Shown here: positions 1 to 12,766 of the stretch, one piece after another
How the letters are laid out: each line of letters opens with the position of its first letter
Numbering within the stretch: position 1 is the first letter of the stretch
DNA from: Lingula anatina
Lineage: Eukaryota > Animalia > Brachiopoda
DNA: 64,000 nt
Direction: 5' to 3'
NCBI GenBank assembly: GCA_051362555.1
Contig: CM120643.1
Span: forward strand, 12,312,644 to 12,376,643
Position numbers and translations under genes: made by a program
Notes under the pieces: generated by a model
Databases searched by the model: none
What the model saw: only the letters and a program-made list of their open reading frames with translations
What the model was told of the DNA's origin: nothing

Positions 1-1
1 T

Positions 2-122
2 CAGTTTGTGGAAAGGGACGACTTTAAACCAGTGCATACGCTAAAGCCCTCCAATGTGTCCGAGGACTGCAAAAGAGGCATCCACAGAATTATCAGTGGA
101 CGGCGATTTGATGATTACGCTG
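2..122 (+). CDS. nrf-6: NRF-6-like exon (start of NRF domain, 5' boundary uncertain)
   Basis: Open frame QFVERDDFKPVHTLKPSNVSEDCKRGIHRIISGRRFDDYA; donor G|gtaaaa in phase 1 matches the next exon. Confidence 0.7.
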
Positions 123-3100
123 GTAAAATAGCTTTTAAAATGTTTATATGCGATAAAATATTTGGATTGTTGTTTGTACATTAAAACATAAATGAATACA
201 ATTTTCAGATGAGATTTTAAGTTCAAACGAATCTGTATAAAAAGCCACTGTCAGCACAATGAAGTTGAGAGTGCAACTGGTAACTTTCCTCGGTACCCAG
301 TATATATATATATACTCCTGCACTCAGCTACCCCTTCATTAAAGTACTGGTACTGTATGTGGCCTCTCAGATTTAGGGTCGTCGCCCTCACATTAATAAA
401 GTATTAGAGTGAATAGTCTCACAGTAGCACTTTCTGTTACGTTATATTTATAATTTACTAAATTGTGCTACAGAATACACCAGCTATGTATAGTTGCTGG
501 TACCCGTACTCCAGAAATGGGAGGGGAGGGCAACCCCAGCTGGAGTCACCAAGTCTGACTTCTCTCACTTTTACAAGGTACCATACAAAAAGAAAAAAAT
601 GACACGGTTTGCTAAATCTAGAGTCTCCATTTGGGGTAGGCCCATTTTTCCTGGAATTAAATATATATGTGTATGCCGTAGCAGTATAGCAAAAATGATA
701 AGTGTGAACAAAAGTGATGGAGTTTGATTAAATTCATACTACATGCATGTGTGAACAAAAGTGATGGAGTTAGATTAAATTCATACTACAGGCATATCAC
801 TCACAGTATCAGTGACATATCAGCTTTACCAGTGATAGTAGTCACACTATGAAATCAGTAATTTTGTTTATGTTTGATTGGGCCATCTTATGAGAGCCAA
901 TATGTATGATAGTGAACTGATAAGGCTTGTAAATGTATGTTGTTTTTTTCTTGATACTGACAGACATTTGTGAGGTATTTCTACCTCTCTTGCACCTGAC
1001 ATATCATCTTTACCAGGATCACACAGAGAGTATTTACTTTTAGCAGTATTTGGCAACAGCAAGAATTTTTTCAAAAAAATCATCATCTAGTTGGCTTCAG
1101 GTAGATAACACATGGCCTATACCATATTGCGACAGGGCTCTAACATAGGATAATACATGTGAAATCTATGGGTGACGTGACAAGTGTTACAATTAATTGT
1201 CATAACTGAAAGTACTTGCGTGATGTGGGGAAAACTTTGTGGTCCATGGTGTTGTTCATGTTGCTTTGACAATTAAGATTATTATGTGGACTGTGCCTCA
1301 GCTTGAATCCCGGGTGAGATAGATCAATCCTCAGGCCTACCCAACTACCAGACTTGGCACATAAGGATCCTGAATTAACAGGTATATCGGACCACACTAC
1401 CTGTTTTCAAGGTGTGTGTCAGATTGCATTTGGAGTATCAGTCAGAACACCGACAGGATGAGCCTGCGGTCGTCCAAAAAAAATTGTTCTGGGATATGAT
1501 ACTCCGAAATGCGATCTGACACACACCTTGAAAATGGGAAGTGTGGTCCGATATACCAGTTAATTCAGGATCCCTATGTGCCGAGTCTGGTAGTTGGGTA
1601 GGCCTGATCTTGCTAGTATGATAATTCTGAACATAGCCTTATATTGTAGCCTTATATTGTTGGTTCTTTCACTTGGTACCATATATATTCCAGCTCTGGA
1701 TGCTTTTGGTAAAGTTGTCTCTGGCCATGTGACTGGCAATAATGCCTGGCTGGGCAGCTATGACCTGTGTCTGGACATCCCAGATGTCCACTACTCCTTG
1801 GCCTTGATGCAGATCAGCTGGCTACTACCAGTTGAGAGACAACAAAACCATGTAAGTATGGGGACTGGTTAGATAAAGAAAAGTGGCATTTTATTCATTT
1901 TCCTTTGTGTCAGGCATATGACTTGGCACAGCTGTCTTTTTTTTTATCCTCAAACTACCTCTTAAGCATGGTTGGTCAGATGAAGGATATCTATCAGGCC
2001 CGTAGCCAGGGGGGGTTCGGGGGGTTCGAAAGAACCGCCCCTTTTGCTGGGAAAAGGTCCACTCTGGGTAAAATTTGATCTAGGTACATGATGTTTTTAT
2101 GGAAAAAGGTCCACTTTTTCAGAAAACGAACCTCCCTTTTGAAATTGCTGGCTACGGGCCTGTCTATTGACAGATTTTGTTGTAAATCTGTACATTTTTA
2201 CATACCAAATGTTTGCATTGAGTTAAAGCCAAGTCCAAATTGATTCTTCGGTAATTTGCAAATTTGTTGGAAATATTAGCCATTTGTCTCCAATAAAAGT
2301 AAACATTCTAACTGTGTTATGGTTGAAAATTCTCTGTTTTCACGTTTCAGTCACATGATGGGAAGGAAGTGGTCATGTGGGGCCTCTGTATTCCTAAGAA
2401 CTGTTCCATTAAAGACATACAAAACAGCATTCCTGTGCTTGCTAATGGTTTGTTCCATTCTAACAAGCAAAATCTTAACCAGTTGATTGAGACTTTGTTT
2501 TCTGTTGCATTTCTCATTTTTGAAGTCCAGATCAGAGTTTATAAGTAAAACGGTTTGGATCAATTGATTAATATAATTTCATTTGCAATATATCATGTAT
2601 GATATTTATAGGTCTATAAATTAAGATAATTTCACACTTAACAATACCTCAACCACTCACAAAGTTGAGAGTTTGATGGGGAATTCATGTTCTCTGACAA
2701 GACATAGCGATGTAGCATTTAACCTTTGGACTTTGCTGCGAATTGTTATCTATTTCTTTTTTTTTCCAGCTACACTTCCATTGAACAAGTTCAACATTAC
2801 CCACGTGCGTGTTCATAAAAGCATTAATTATACCAAGAGGGATTTTGATTCAGGTTTCATAGGAACAGTGTAAGTGTTGTTTAGCAATGTTTAGTTAATT
2901 TTAATAAAAATTGGCCAAGACAATCATGGAGGTTCCTAAAATTATCGTAAAATTGGCCATGACAGGCACAGAGGCTCCCTTTACATATAATTCTCTTGTA
3001 TAAAAGCCATGCAGCTTCAAGTGGTCTATCTCTCCGAGTCTCAGTGTGTACCAGCACAGGCTGTCTCACTAATGTTTACCACTTAATGTGGAAAGGGCTA

Positions 3101-5876
3101 TAAAGTCTGTAGTTACCAAGAGAATACGAAGGGAGGTGCTTTTCATCACACAGTCCTACACCAGCAGCTAGTAAAATTTTATTTGGACCAGTAGATTTTT
3201 TAGAATATGTGAATCTAGTGGTCCGACATGGCCATGATAAGTTTTCAAAGGAGCTTTAGGTTTGATTTAATTTTTTCTGAAGTGTAACTTACGAAATTTG
3301 ACAAAACAAAGATCATGTCATCACTAATATTAATTCAATACAGGGAATTGCCTGATCTTATAAAAATTTTTATTTCAACCAGTGAATTCTGATTTGGACC
3401 AGTACGTAGATTTTAGGAAAGTGGCCATCCAAATAGCCAGTAAGCTGAAAAATTTATGACACAGACTGGTCTTTGACTAGGTCAAACCAGCTATTAACGC
3501 ATCCCGAGTAAATGAATTTCAATTATTCAAGTGCCTAATGATTGCCTGCATATGATGTAGAGTAATTTTTGCTTGGTGATATATCTAGTCGATGCATGCA
3601 GGTGCTCTCCTTGCACTTATAATCCATATGCACATGGAGGATAATGTTGTGCTGTCAGTATGCAAATAGATATATTGATTTTATATGGAACATCTGGTCT
3701 GATCGGTTAGATCTCACAGTCACTGTTGCCATGCGCAGAACCCTCTGTAAATTCGGTAACTGGAGAATGGATAGTTCTGTCTATCTGTTCTCAGACATGT
3801 TTTTTTATATGATTTAAGTTGAAATCTTGGTAGTTTTCTGTCTTATATGTCTGTTCTAAAAAGCTATTCAACATAATGCTGAAATAGTATGATGTTTGGT
3901 GTATTTTCTTTGCATTAAATGTACATAAGTAAATGTAATATAATAAAAACACATGAGTGTTGCCTACATCTCATTAACCTGCATAAAAATTGTAAAGAAA
4001 AAGATCAAACAATTTTATGTTCATAATTCTCCAAGTTCGACCTTCAATATTTCAGAGTGGTATTTTCTCTGTTTGGACTGCTAGTGATCCTGGGCACCAT
4101 TGTAGATGGTGTTGAAGATTACAAGAAGAACCGAGCACCAAAACTGATTCATAAAATGGACGCCAATGGTTCCCACCTTGTGGACCCTCAATACACCCAG
4201 CCACGACATGGGGTGCAATCTGTCAGTCCAGGAGTCCACGACTGGGAGACCCCACCCACGCCTGAGAGAATCCGTAGTTTGTATTTTAATTCACCAGGTA
4301 GATTTATAGCATGCCTTAGCTTATCATTGCTTTTCTGCATGTAGCATTCACTTAAAAGTCAAGTCAGTTGATGGTACTTGTCAGCTTCACCTTGGCTCAC
4401 CAAACACATTTTCGCAATTAATTTTCCAGTGACTTTTATCTCAATTATTTCCATACTTCATTATGATAAGCCTCTTTGCATGCCCATAGATGTATAGTTT
4501 GGCAGTTAGATAGTTTTCAATGAAAGGAATATAATGCTTTTTTTAACATTGAAGGAAATTTTATGTTTTAAACAGTAATACAGTGTTAAACAGTAGCAGA
4601 GCAATTAAATTAATCAAATAGAAGAATTAGCCAAGGTAAAGTCAGCCTATACTTAAAACTCCTTTATATTTACACTTTCATCAGTTTTTCCATCAAATCC
4701 TGTCATAATGTGTATCAAATCAGTGAAGCTCATTGATAAAGATGAATATTCTGCTGATGATGATGAATTACTTGTTGTTTCTCTTCCACAGGTTTGTTTA
4801 GGCAGGTCATCTGTTGTTTCTCCATTCTGAGTAACATCAGGAAGTTGCTTTCCACAAAGGAGGGGGACGCCAGCCTGAGTTGTCTCAACGGGATGAGGGT
4901 GATCACCATGTTCTGGGTCATATTAGGACACGTGTGGCTGTTGACCAGTTTTATGGGCCTAACAGGTGCGCGCGCGCATGTATGTGTGTGTGTGTGCATG
5001 TGTATGTGTGTCCATACATGCATGAGTGTATGTGCATATTATACGTATGGGTGCATGCATGTTTGTGTGTGTATTTGTGCATACATGCATGAGTATATGT
5101 GATGTACACATGCATGCATGTATAGGTGTATGCAAGTGTGTGTGATTTGTGCATGCATCTTTGTGAGTGCATGCACATGTATGTATATATGTTTGCGTGT
5201 GTGTTTGTCAACACGTTAGGATACCCGGCCTGCCTGAAACTTATTGATCAGTTAATAATAGATGCAATCAGAAAGTTATGTGTGATATCCATGAGTGTTG
5301 AGTACAAGTGGATGGCAAAGATATCTTTCTGGGACGTGTTGTTTCTGACTTACACCATGACTCAAAAACTTGAATCCATGCTACAGAGGGGTTTTCGTAT
5401 TCCTGTGGAAAAATGAAATGCAGCAGTGTCAACTGTCTGATGGTTGCAGTGACAGAAATAAAGTTTCTGTATGTAATATTTCAGACAATACCCGGGTTTT
5501 ATACCAGTATCCTTCCCAGTGGACCTTCCAGCCTGTGGTCAATGGATACTTTGCCATTGATACCTTCTTCTTTATAAGGTAATTATGGTTTGATAAAAAG
5601 AGCTATTTTATAGCATTTTTGGTATGATTTTCAAAAAATTTTAATATAAGGTGTAAATATTTGAGCAATTGCTGATATTTTTTTCTTTTTTGTGAGATGC
5701 CAGGGAATATATCTTGATCTTATCCCATTTTTTAAAATCATTTATATATATAAAACAAAAGTTGCAAGTTCCATTCCTATGGCAATCAGCCCCATTAAAG
5801 TATTTGAAGAATTTATTTTCAAATACTTAAATGTGGACGTTTGCCATAAATGTTTAAATCTTGAAAAAAAAAAAAC

Positions 5877-5973
<97 letters not shown>

Positions 5974-6086
5974 TATCTCTCTCTACAGTGGCATACTAGT
6001 GTGTTACAGTACACTGAATTATATGGACAAGTGCAAGGGGAGGTACCCTTTCCACAAGTTTTTGTTCCACAGATACTGGAGGTAAC

Positions 6087-6134
<48 letters not shown>

Positions 6135-6818
6135 TTCAGCACAGGATATCTTGCATCTAACTTGTTTTAGTTATTCATTTATCTACTGTAAGACAGTGAC
6201 ATAGTTTTTATTGTATTATACGTTATCACTCACTGTGGAACATTTTGATTTCCCTATATGTACAAGAAAATTAGATTTAAAAAATCACCTTTGGTTAGGA
6301 CAATATTTCTTGAATTCATAGTGAAGATACATTTTTTCAACAAATATGTCTTTATTTCCAAATGTCAGGTTAACCCCTGTCATGGTCATGGTAATCTTGT
6401 TCTACGTGAACATCTTTCCTCACATGGGGGACGGTCCACTGTGGTTTGTGGTCAAGCAAGTGACCACTGACAACTGTCCAGAGTACTGGTGGACCAATAT
6501 TCTATATATCAATAACTTTTACCCTGTAAAGGCAGCTGATGAGGTAAGCAATGCGGGTAGTTCTCAGTTGTCTGTGATATATTTAGCAATATAAAACTGA
6601 AAACTAACTGGTTTTGTCATCCTGTTTGATCTGTATTGGGTATATACTGAGTTATGTAATTGCTAGAAAAAGTAGGTAATTTTTAGCATCAGATGTGAAG
6701 TTTGATTTGTTATTGACCACCAGAATGTACTAGTACACAATGAAATGACATACATATGATGTTTAAAACAAAAGACAAGATGGATTTGAAAGGCTTGTAA
6801 TGGGCAAAAGTTCACAGA

Positions 6819-6908
<90 letters not shown>

Positions 6909-9900
6909 TTGGCCTAACAGAAATTTGAAATTGATATCTGAACTGCATACAGCCACCTAAATGGATAGGGGCGATAATGTAGATATGGAATTTTAAAGAA
7001 ACGTATGTATGAAATTACAAGCTCTCTGTTGTGATAGAATATTTTCCATCAACAAGGCACCCCTATCACCTCTGCAATATCTTTGTCTTCACAGTGTCTT
7101 CCTTGGGTATGGTACCTTGCCTGCGATATCCAGTTCTTCTTATTTAGCCCCTTGATACTAATATTCCTACACAGGTGAGATGACTTTCCTGATTTTAATG
7201 ATTAATAATTTACCTTTAAAAAGCATGGTATTATTATTATTATTATTATTATTATTTGTATATATTTGATGATAATAATTATTTGCAACTTAAAGTTTTT
7301 CCATCTAAGAAGATGAATGTAATTTTTGAAATAGCAGTAAATGTAGAATTATGAAAAGAGGTAAAGACGTTTAAAAGAAAACAGGGATTTAAATACATTT
7401 ATTTAAGAATTACATAATAAACTGAAAGTGAATGAAAAAAAATGACAATTTATAAATTAATTAAATTATTCGAAATTGTGGTGATTTATTTATAGTGCAT
7501 ACAATATAAAAGGACTGGAATATTTTCGTAACTTTTCATATATTCATAAAGGTGTGATAGTATGATGACCATAAAAACACTGGTTTCTATCTTTTGCCAG
7601 TTAAGAAAAATTGGTCAAGCATATTAAAATCCTGTGAAAGAAGTTATACATGGTCTCTAAATAAGATAAAGAAAAATACAGAAAGAGCTGAAAAGTTTCA
7701 ACAGATTTTAATTATATGAATCTATTTCAGAGAGACCAACACCATGAAATATCTAGGTTTTGGTGTAATGGCCCTAGTCCTGCTAGTCTGCTTCATATTG
7801 AGGGCCAGCTTAATGACCCAACTGGAGGATGGTATGGGCCCCACCCCGTCCATGGGAATTATCGTACCCCCACCCAGGTAATAACATTTACATGCTCTTG
7901 TGTAGTTAAGTTTAAATTGAACTTTTGGTCAACCTTAGATAACACTGTACCTCAGACAGCATTTGGCCATGTGCTAAATTGACCGATCATATAGCATGTC
8001 CATACTTGGGGGGGGGTTATGCAAGAATGTCAGTGGTACCTATGAAATTCTTAGTAAATATGTGTCAGTAACCATAAAGTCACATAATGTAAGGATGCTA
8101 AATGTTAAATGTCTGTATTTGGATATTATACAGGAATGCCAATGGAACCCATGAACCTCCCACTCAAAAATATTCCTCGGACGTGTACGTGAAGCCGTAT
8201 ACAAGAGTGGCGCCTTACTTAGTTGGGATGATGGTGGCTTATTTTATACAGCAGCTCAAGGGAGCCAGGAAGAGAATATCCATGGTGGGTTGAATAGTTG
8301 AGTTCTGAAAATAATCTTTCTTTTTTGATAACCTAACAAAAAACAAGTTTTTTAACTCAGAATAATTTTTTGCGGTCTGTGTTTGACTACATATTTTTTT
8401 AAATGGAGGGCATAAAAATGAGGGCAAAGGGAAAGGGTTTTCTTGAAATTTTAGGCATACCAAGATACCATATGCTATATATTATCATTTCACACATACA
8501 CACATTTTTTTTTCCAGATCACAATCTCCTTAGGCTGGCTGGTGTCTGTGGCGCTGGCCGTTGTTTGTATCTATATCACGGTGCTGGCCTACAGTGTCTA
8601 TCATGGAGACTACCTGTGGAACCAGGGAGGGAAGCTGGTCTATGGGACCTTCAGCAAGTTTGCCTGGGCCCTATCCCTGGCCTGGGTTGTTTATGCTTGT
8701 TACCATGGTTATGGAGGTGGGATATGATTGGATAAAAATCTTGGACTGCTGATATTTATCCTACTGAGCAGATCCTTAGACTCTAGTTGACAGGGTTTTG
8801 TGGGAATATATAAATGTTTTACTTTTATCTTGGAGAGCAATTAAGAAAAAGTAAAAGAAAATAAAGACTTCAACTTATTTTCATCAGTCTTAATATTAAG
8901 ATTTTATCTTTTGGTGTGTATAGGTCTCTTGAACGCCAGGCCTTTTTTATTCAGTCCTGTTGTTGCTAAACTTAAGGAGTGCTTTCACAATGAAACTATT
9001 GCACTATGTAATTTGAACTAAGGTTGCAGGGACTCTAACTGAATACAATCAGATAAAAAAAATTAATCTGATTGCATTCTGTGTGAGTCCCCACAGAGTT
9101 AAGTCAAACTAACTGGAAAAATTAGTTTCATTGTGAACACACCTAAGCACTGTTGACTAAACCCCCACCCCCCACCCCACCCCCTCCATCAGTCTCCACT
9201 ACAACCACCACAAAAACACACAGACAACAACACAAATGGCCACACCTCCAGTTCAGTATCATAATCCGTATCTTTTTATATTCCAGGCTACGTTAAGGAC
9301 TTCCTCTCCTGGCGAGTATGGGTTCCCCTGGGCAGGCTGACCTATGCTGCCTATCTCATCCATCCTATTGTGATCCTATGGTACCTGTTCACTCTCCAAG
9401 AACCTATCCACATTACAGACAATGTCATGGTGGGTATTGGCTGGATTTTCTGCACTTGTGGCTGTTTTAACCTGGATTTTTGCTATAAAACCAAAAAAAG
9501 GGAAACAAACAAGATTGCCCAAGGTCTCAAAAGCTAGAGAGGTGTTGTAGGTTTGGTATAGATTTTGTTAAAAAAAAAACATGACAGAAGGTCCACATTT
9601 TACTGAGAAGGGTAAAACCAGGTTATATTAAACTAAAGGTCATGATTATTAAGTTTTATCCTGAATATGTACACAGGAAGGCATTAGGACAAATTGAAAA
9701 AACACTAACTACCCATTTAGTTCAGGTAATCCTTTTCACCTTTAGGATTAGCAGATTTGTGACTAAGGGCTCATTCCCAATGAAACTATTGTTCTACAAA
9801 GATTGATCCAACTCTATGGGGACTCTTGCTGAATGCAGTCAGTTAAACAGATTAACATGCCTCCTCCTGGTATTGAGTAGAGCACAGAAAATCTGGTGAT

Positions 9901-11120
9901 TATTCGAGTGCATTGGAAACAAAGGGGGGGGTGTATGGATGAATGAGGGTAGAACAATGGTTTCATTGGGAAGGAGCCCTAGGCCTGTGTTTGTTCATTT
10001 TCACTTTTCTTGGAAAAGGGAGGATGTTGTAGTGCAAATAGCAGGTGCAAGTGCACCTGCTTCAGAACAGTTGCACCCAGGAATGGGAATAGAACTGAGG
10101 TACAAGTAGCCTAAAATCTTGTGATTTGGCTTAAAATTTGGCAAAATTTTCCAGGAATTGGAGAAGAGCAGGGTTAGAAATGATGTCAGGTTTGTGGGTG
10201 CTTGGCAGTCTTGAAAAAATAAAAGCAGTAATAATAAATTCTTTAAAACAGCATTCCAAAAACATCTCAGCACATGGAGAACAATAAAACATGCCATCCA
10301 GGTTTATCAAAAATAACTAGTGTAGATAAAAAGTGAAACTGAGACTATTAAAAAGAATTTGAAATGTTTTTTTTTCAAAGCTTGCAGAATTTATCCACAA
10401 ATATTTATCTAGTTGTTTTTTTTCTTAAGTTCTATTTAGTACAGTCACTTGAACATCAGCACAAATTTTTTGTGTGTAACTTTTGTATTACTCTCTAATA
10501 ATCTTAGACAATTTCCCAATGTGTACAGTTTCATCCTTATCGCTAAAAAATTCAGCCCATCTCACGTGGATTCTTGCATATTTTTTTAGTCACATATGAT
10601 GTGATGCAATGCCGACAGTATCCTTTTAGGTTATTTTGGATAATTCCCAGCATCAGAAAAATCAAGGTTGATTTTTTACTTGCAAAAAGAGTTTGTTTGA
10701 GAGTTTGTTTGTTTGTGAAATTTGTCCAGCAAAAGAGGCCATAATTTCATAGAGATTTTCGTTTCACATATTTTGGGGGTAGGTAGATGATAGACTCACC
10801 CCATCCCACCCAGACCCACCTTATCCCACCCCAACCCATCCTCACTTCATCATGTTTATAGTATCTTGTTTCTCTTTTGATTTCAGTCGTACCTGTACTT
10901 CTCCGTACTGGGCTGTACGTATTTCTGTGCCATAGGCGTGCTACTTGTGATAGAGCTGCCCCTGGCTAACATAGAGCAGTTACTGTACAAACTCTTCTCT
11001 TGTTGCGCGGGGTGCCTGTGCTGTGGTGCCTGTCAAGGGAACACCTACCGCAATCTGGAGGAACCTGAACACAATCACAACTCTCTGGAGGAGGAGGTAC
11101 AACCAACATCATCCAATTAA
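2..11120 (+). CDS. nrf-6: NRF-6/OACYL-like O-acyltransferase (N-terminal NRF domain + acyltransferase-3 multi-TM domain), spliced, probably 5'-truncated by the window edge
   Basis: 15 GT-AG exons with matching phases: <=2-122, 1694-1851, 2351-2447, 2770-2869, 4056-4297, 4792-4965, 5485-5578, 5989-6081, 6369-6543, 7095-7174, 7731-7877, 8134-8284, 8518-8716, 9287-9429, 10887-11120 (2208 nt, 735 aa + stop). Family motifs: NVSEDC, LDAFGK..GNNAWLGSYDLC, GLCIPKNCS, LNGMRVITMFWVILGH, AIDTFFFISG, HRYWRLTP, WWTNILYINNF, CLPWVWYLACDIQFF, YVKPYTRVAPYLVG, LGRLTYAAYLIHP, VIELP. Confidence 0.93.
702..795. repeat. Tandem duplication, 2 x 47 bp
   Basis: gtgtgaacaaaagtgatggagtt(t/a)gattaaattcatactaca(t/g)gcat twice. 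Confidence 0.9.
1331..1607. mobile_element. Fold-back/MITE-like element with ~110-bp inverted arms
   Basis: 1331-1440 (TCAGGCCTACCCAACTACCAGAC...) is the near reverse complement of 1497-1607 (...GTCTGGTAGTTGGGTAGGCCTGA); 56-bp spacer; no clear TSD. Confidence 0.8.
1694..1851 (+). CDS. nrf-6: NRF-6-like exon
   Basis: ttccag|CT...CAT|gtaagt; LDAFGKVVSGHVTGNNAWLGSYDLC. Confidence 0.92.
1995..2162. mobile_element. MITE with 15-bp TIRs and 5-bp TSD
   Basis: CAGGCCCGTAGCCAG ... CTGGCTACGGGCCTG, flanked on both sides by TCTAT. Confidence 0.9.
2351..2447 (+). CDS. nrf-6: NRF-6-like exon
   Basis: tttcag|TCA...G|gtttgt; SHDGKEVVMWGLCIPKNCSIKDIQ. Confidence 0.9.
2770..2869 (+). CDS. nrf-6: NRF-6-like exon
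   Basis: ttccag|CT...GT|gtaagt; phases match both neighbours. Confidence 0.85.
4056..4297 (+). CDS. nrf-6: NRF-6-like exon (first TM helix and loop)
   Basis: tttcag|A...G|gtagat; VVFSLFGLLVILGTIVD. Confidence 0.88.
4792..4965 (+). CDS. nrf-6: NRF-6-like exon
   Basis: ccacag|GT...G|gtgcgc; CFSILSN..LSCLNGMRVITMFWVILGH. Confidence 0.93.
4966..5207. repeat. Degenerate (TG/CA/TA) purine-pyrimidine repeat
   Basis: gtgcgcgcgcgcatgtatgtgtgtg... directly after a splice donor. Confidence 0.85.
5485..5578 (+). CDS. nrf-6: NRF-6-like exon
   Basis: tttcag|AC...AG|gtaatt; NGYFAIDTFFFI. Confidence 0.93.
5864..5971. repeat. poly(A) run + (TA)n microsatellite
   Basis: Directly visible. Confidence 0.95.
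5989..6081 (+). CDS. nrf-6: NRF-6-like exon
   Basis: ctacag|T...AG|gtaacc; GILVCY..FLFHRYWR. Confidence 0.93.
6369..6543 (+). CDS. nrf-6: NRF-6-like exon
   Basis: tgtcag|G...GAG|gtaagc; LTP..GDGPLW..CPEYWWTNILYINNFYP. Confidence 0.93.
6821..6907. repeat. (GT)n microsatellite
   Basis: Directly visible. Confidence 0.95.
7095..7174 (+). CDS. nrf-6: NRF-6-like exon
   Basis: tcacag|TGT...AG|gtgaga; CLPWVWYLACDIQFFLFSPLIL. Confidence 0.93.
7731..7877 (+). CDS. nrf-6: NRF-6-like exon
   Basis: tttcag|A...AG|gtaata; TM segment YLGFGVMALVLLVCFILR. Confidence 0.88.
8134..8284 (+). CDS. nrf-6: NRF-6-like exon
   Basis: atacag|G...ATG|gtgggt; YVKPYTRVAPYLVGM. Confidence 0.92.
8518..8716 (+). CDS. nrf-6: NRF-6-like exon
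   Basis: ttccag|ATC...G|gtggga; YGTFSKFAWALSLAWVVYACYHGYG. Confidence 0.92.
8976..9143. mobile_element. PIF/Harbinger (Tourist)-like MITE
   Basis: TAA|GGAGTGCTTTCACAATGAAACTA ... TAGTTTCATTGTGAACACACC|TAA; TAA TSD. Confidence 0.75.
9287..9429 (+). CDS. nrf-6: NRF-6-like exon
   Basis: ttccag|GC...ATG|gtgggt; FLSWRVWVPLGRLTYAAYLIHP. Confidence 0.93.
9767..9979. mobile_element. PIF/Harbinger (Tourist)-like MITE, related to 8976-9143
   Basis: TAA|GGGCTCATTCCCAATGAAACTATTGTTCTA ... TAGAACAATGGTTTCATTGGGAAGGAGCCC|TAG. Confidence 0.8.
10887..11120 (+). CDS. nrf-6: NRF-6-like terminal coding exon
   Basis: tttcag|TCG; LLVIELPLANIE, Cys cluster, stop TAA 11118-11120. Confidence 0.9.
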   Translation, partial: SYLYFSVLGCTYFCAIGVLLVIELPLANIEQLLYKLFSCCAGCLCCGACQGNTYRNLEEPEHNHNSLEEEVQPTSSN

Positions 11121-12708
11121 AGCCATCTCAAGGACCCCAGAGCTAGGTCTCACCACCCCTGGATGAGGCCAAAATGGCTCCGTTATCAGATAACCTTATG
11201 TCTTCACTTAATTTTTTTTTTTCATAACTTAGATTTTCATTTACGTCAGAATGATTGATGGTTCTACCTAAGTATGAATCTGTCTTGCAGAGAGACATAT
11301 TTATTGGATGTTGCCAATTTAGTGTTATCAGATCGATCATGCAAAACATAAGTTTTAGAAGTTCATTTACCAGATGAGATATTAGTTTATTGATGTCATC
11401 CAAATGTCGGCAATCTTTATCTAATGAAATACTTAGTGGAAGAAACTTGGTTTTCTTGTATATCTCAAAGTAAAAGCTATCTTTGTGAATGTTAAGCAGG
11501 ATTCTCAATAAGAGAAACATGGAGGTAGGTATAAGAAAATGAAAACTCCCCTGTGTTTTTATCAGCCCATCGCATTTCGCAATCACAATAAAACAGCAAA
11601 ACAGCTTTTAGTTTTTGGCAGATATGTTCCTTTTTTTTAGCTCAATTGAAGCTGAGATATGAAAACTGTGTATATAAGATACTTTGCAGAGAATTTTGAC
11701 CCCATAGCAATAGTTAATTTTTTTTATTATTCCTGGTGCCTTCCACAATTTCCATGCTATAATGGTGATCAAATTTTTTTAACCAGGTTCAAGGAAATCC
11801 TCTAAGATCTAAATTTTTTAGAACTTTTTTCTTTTTGTTTCAACTGGCCTAAAACAAGCATTCCCTGCATTTTTTCTTGAGGTAGAAACATTTTTTTTAG
11901 TTTGCTTAATACTATTATCCAGGGTATCTTGGATTCGAGCTTGAAAGTGCATGATGCCTTTGAAGGTCTTAGATACATACGAGCCATTATGTAAGTCCCG
12001 ATGACTATTAATTTAAGTGAAAATTGAACTTTGTAATTTTTGTTTTGTGTTCACTTTCTTCAACCTGAGAAAGTTTCTCAATCTGTGATAGAATCAGTGA
12101 GAGTAGTTTTATTAGAGATCGTGTAAATTTGAGAGAATATTTTTTTAGCACCGTTAGTTCTTAAGTACTTATCATGTCGGCCATTGTCGTCGAATGCATG
12201 TGAATTTTCCGATTTGGTAAATTCACGCACGTGTAGACGAGGCAAGTGAGAATTAAAAACTGTCGCATTTCTAATCATGTACTAGTCTGATCTTGCAAAT
12301 TGTGTCAGTCATTAATGTTCTTTCACAAATCCTTATTTGAGTTCATTCCTTTTAGTTCTTTATGATAGCAGCTTAAAGTTACTGTAGTGTTTTCTTAATG
12401 GATGGCATTTTTGTTTATTAAATATTTCATGTTAAAATATTAAAAATCATACTTAATCGGGAGGGGTTCACTGCATTTTACATTAGTGGTATCCAGCATA
12501 AAAAGCCTATAGCCGTTGGTATGTTGTTCTTAGATATATATGACAATCAGATATGTAAGTGGTAGTTTTTGTCATTGTCAGCATGAATAGCAGAATGATG
12601 TTATGAGCCATTCATCTTTTTTTACTATATCAACATGTGCCATCGCTTGAACAAGAAAACTTATTGTAATGTAAACATGTAGTCTTTTTGACAGGCACAC
12701 ACAGGTGC

Positions 12709-12766
12709 ACACACACACACACACACATACACACACACACATACACACACATGCACACACACACAC
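12709..12766. repeat. (CA)n microsatellite
   Basis: Directly visible. Confidence 0.9.

Noticed and set aside
4880-6956. ORFs rich in HT/CV/YI dipeptides
   Set aside because: Translations of microsatellites, or read-through of true exons into introns.
11143-11586. 147-aa minus-strand ORF
   Set aside because: Antisense to the presumed 3'UTR of the acyltransferase gene, AT-rich, no motif.
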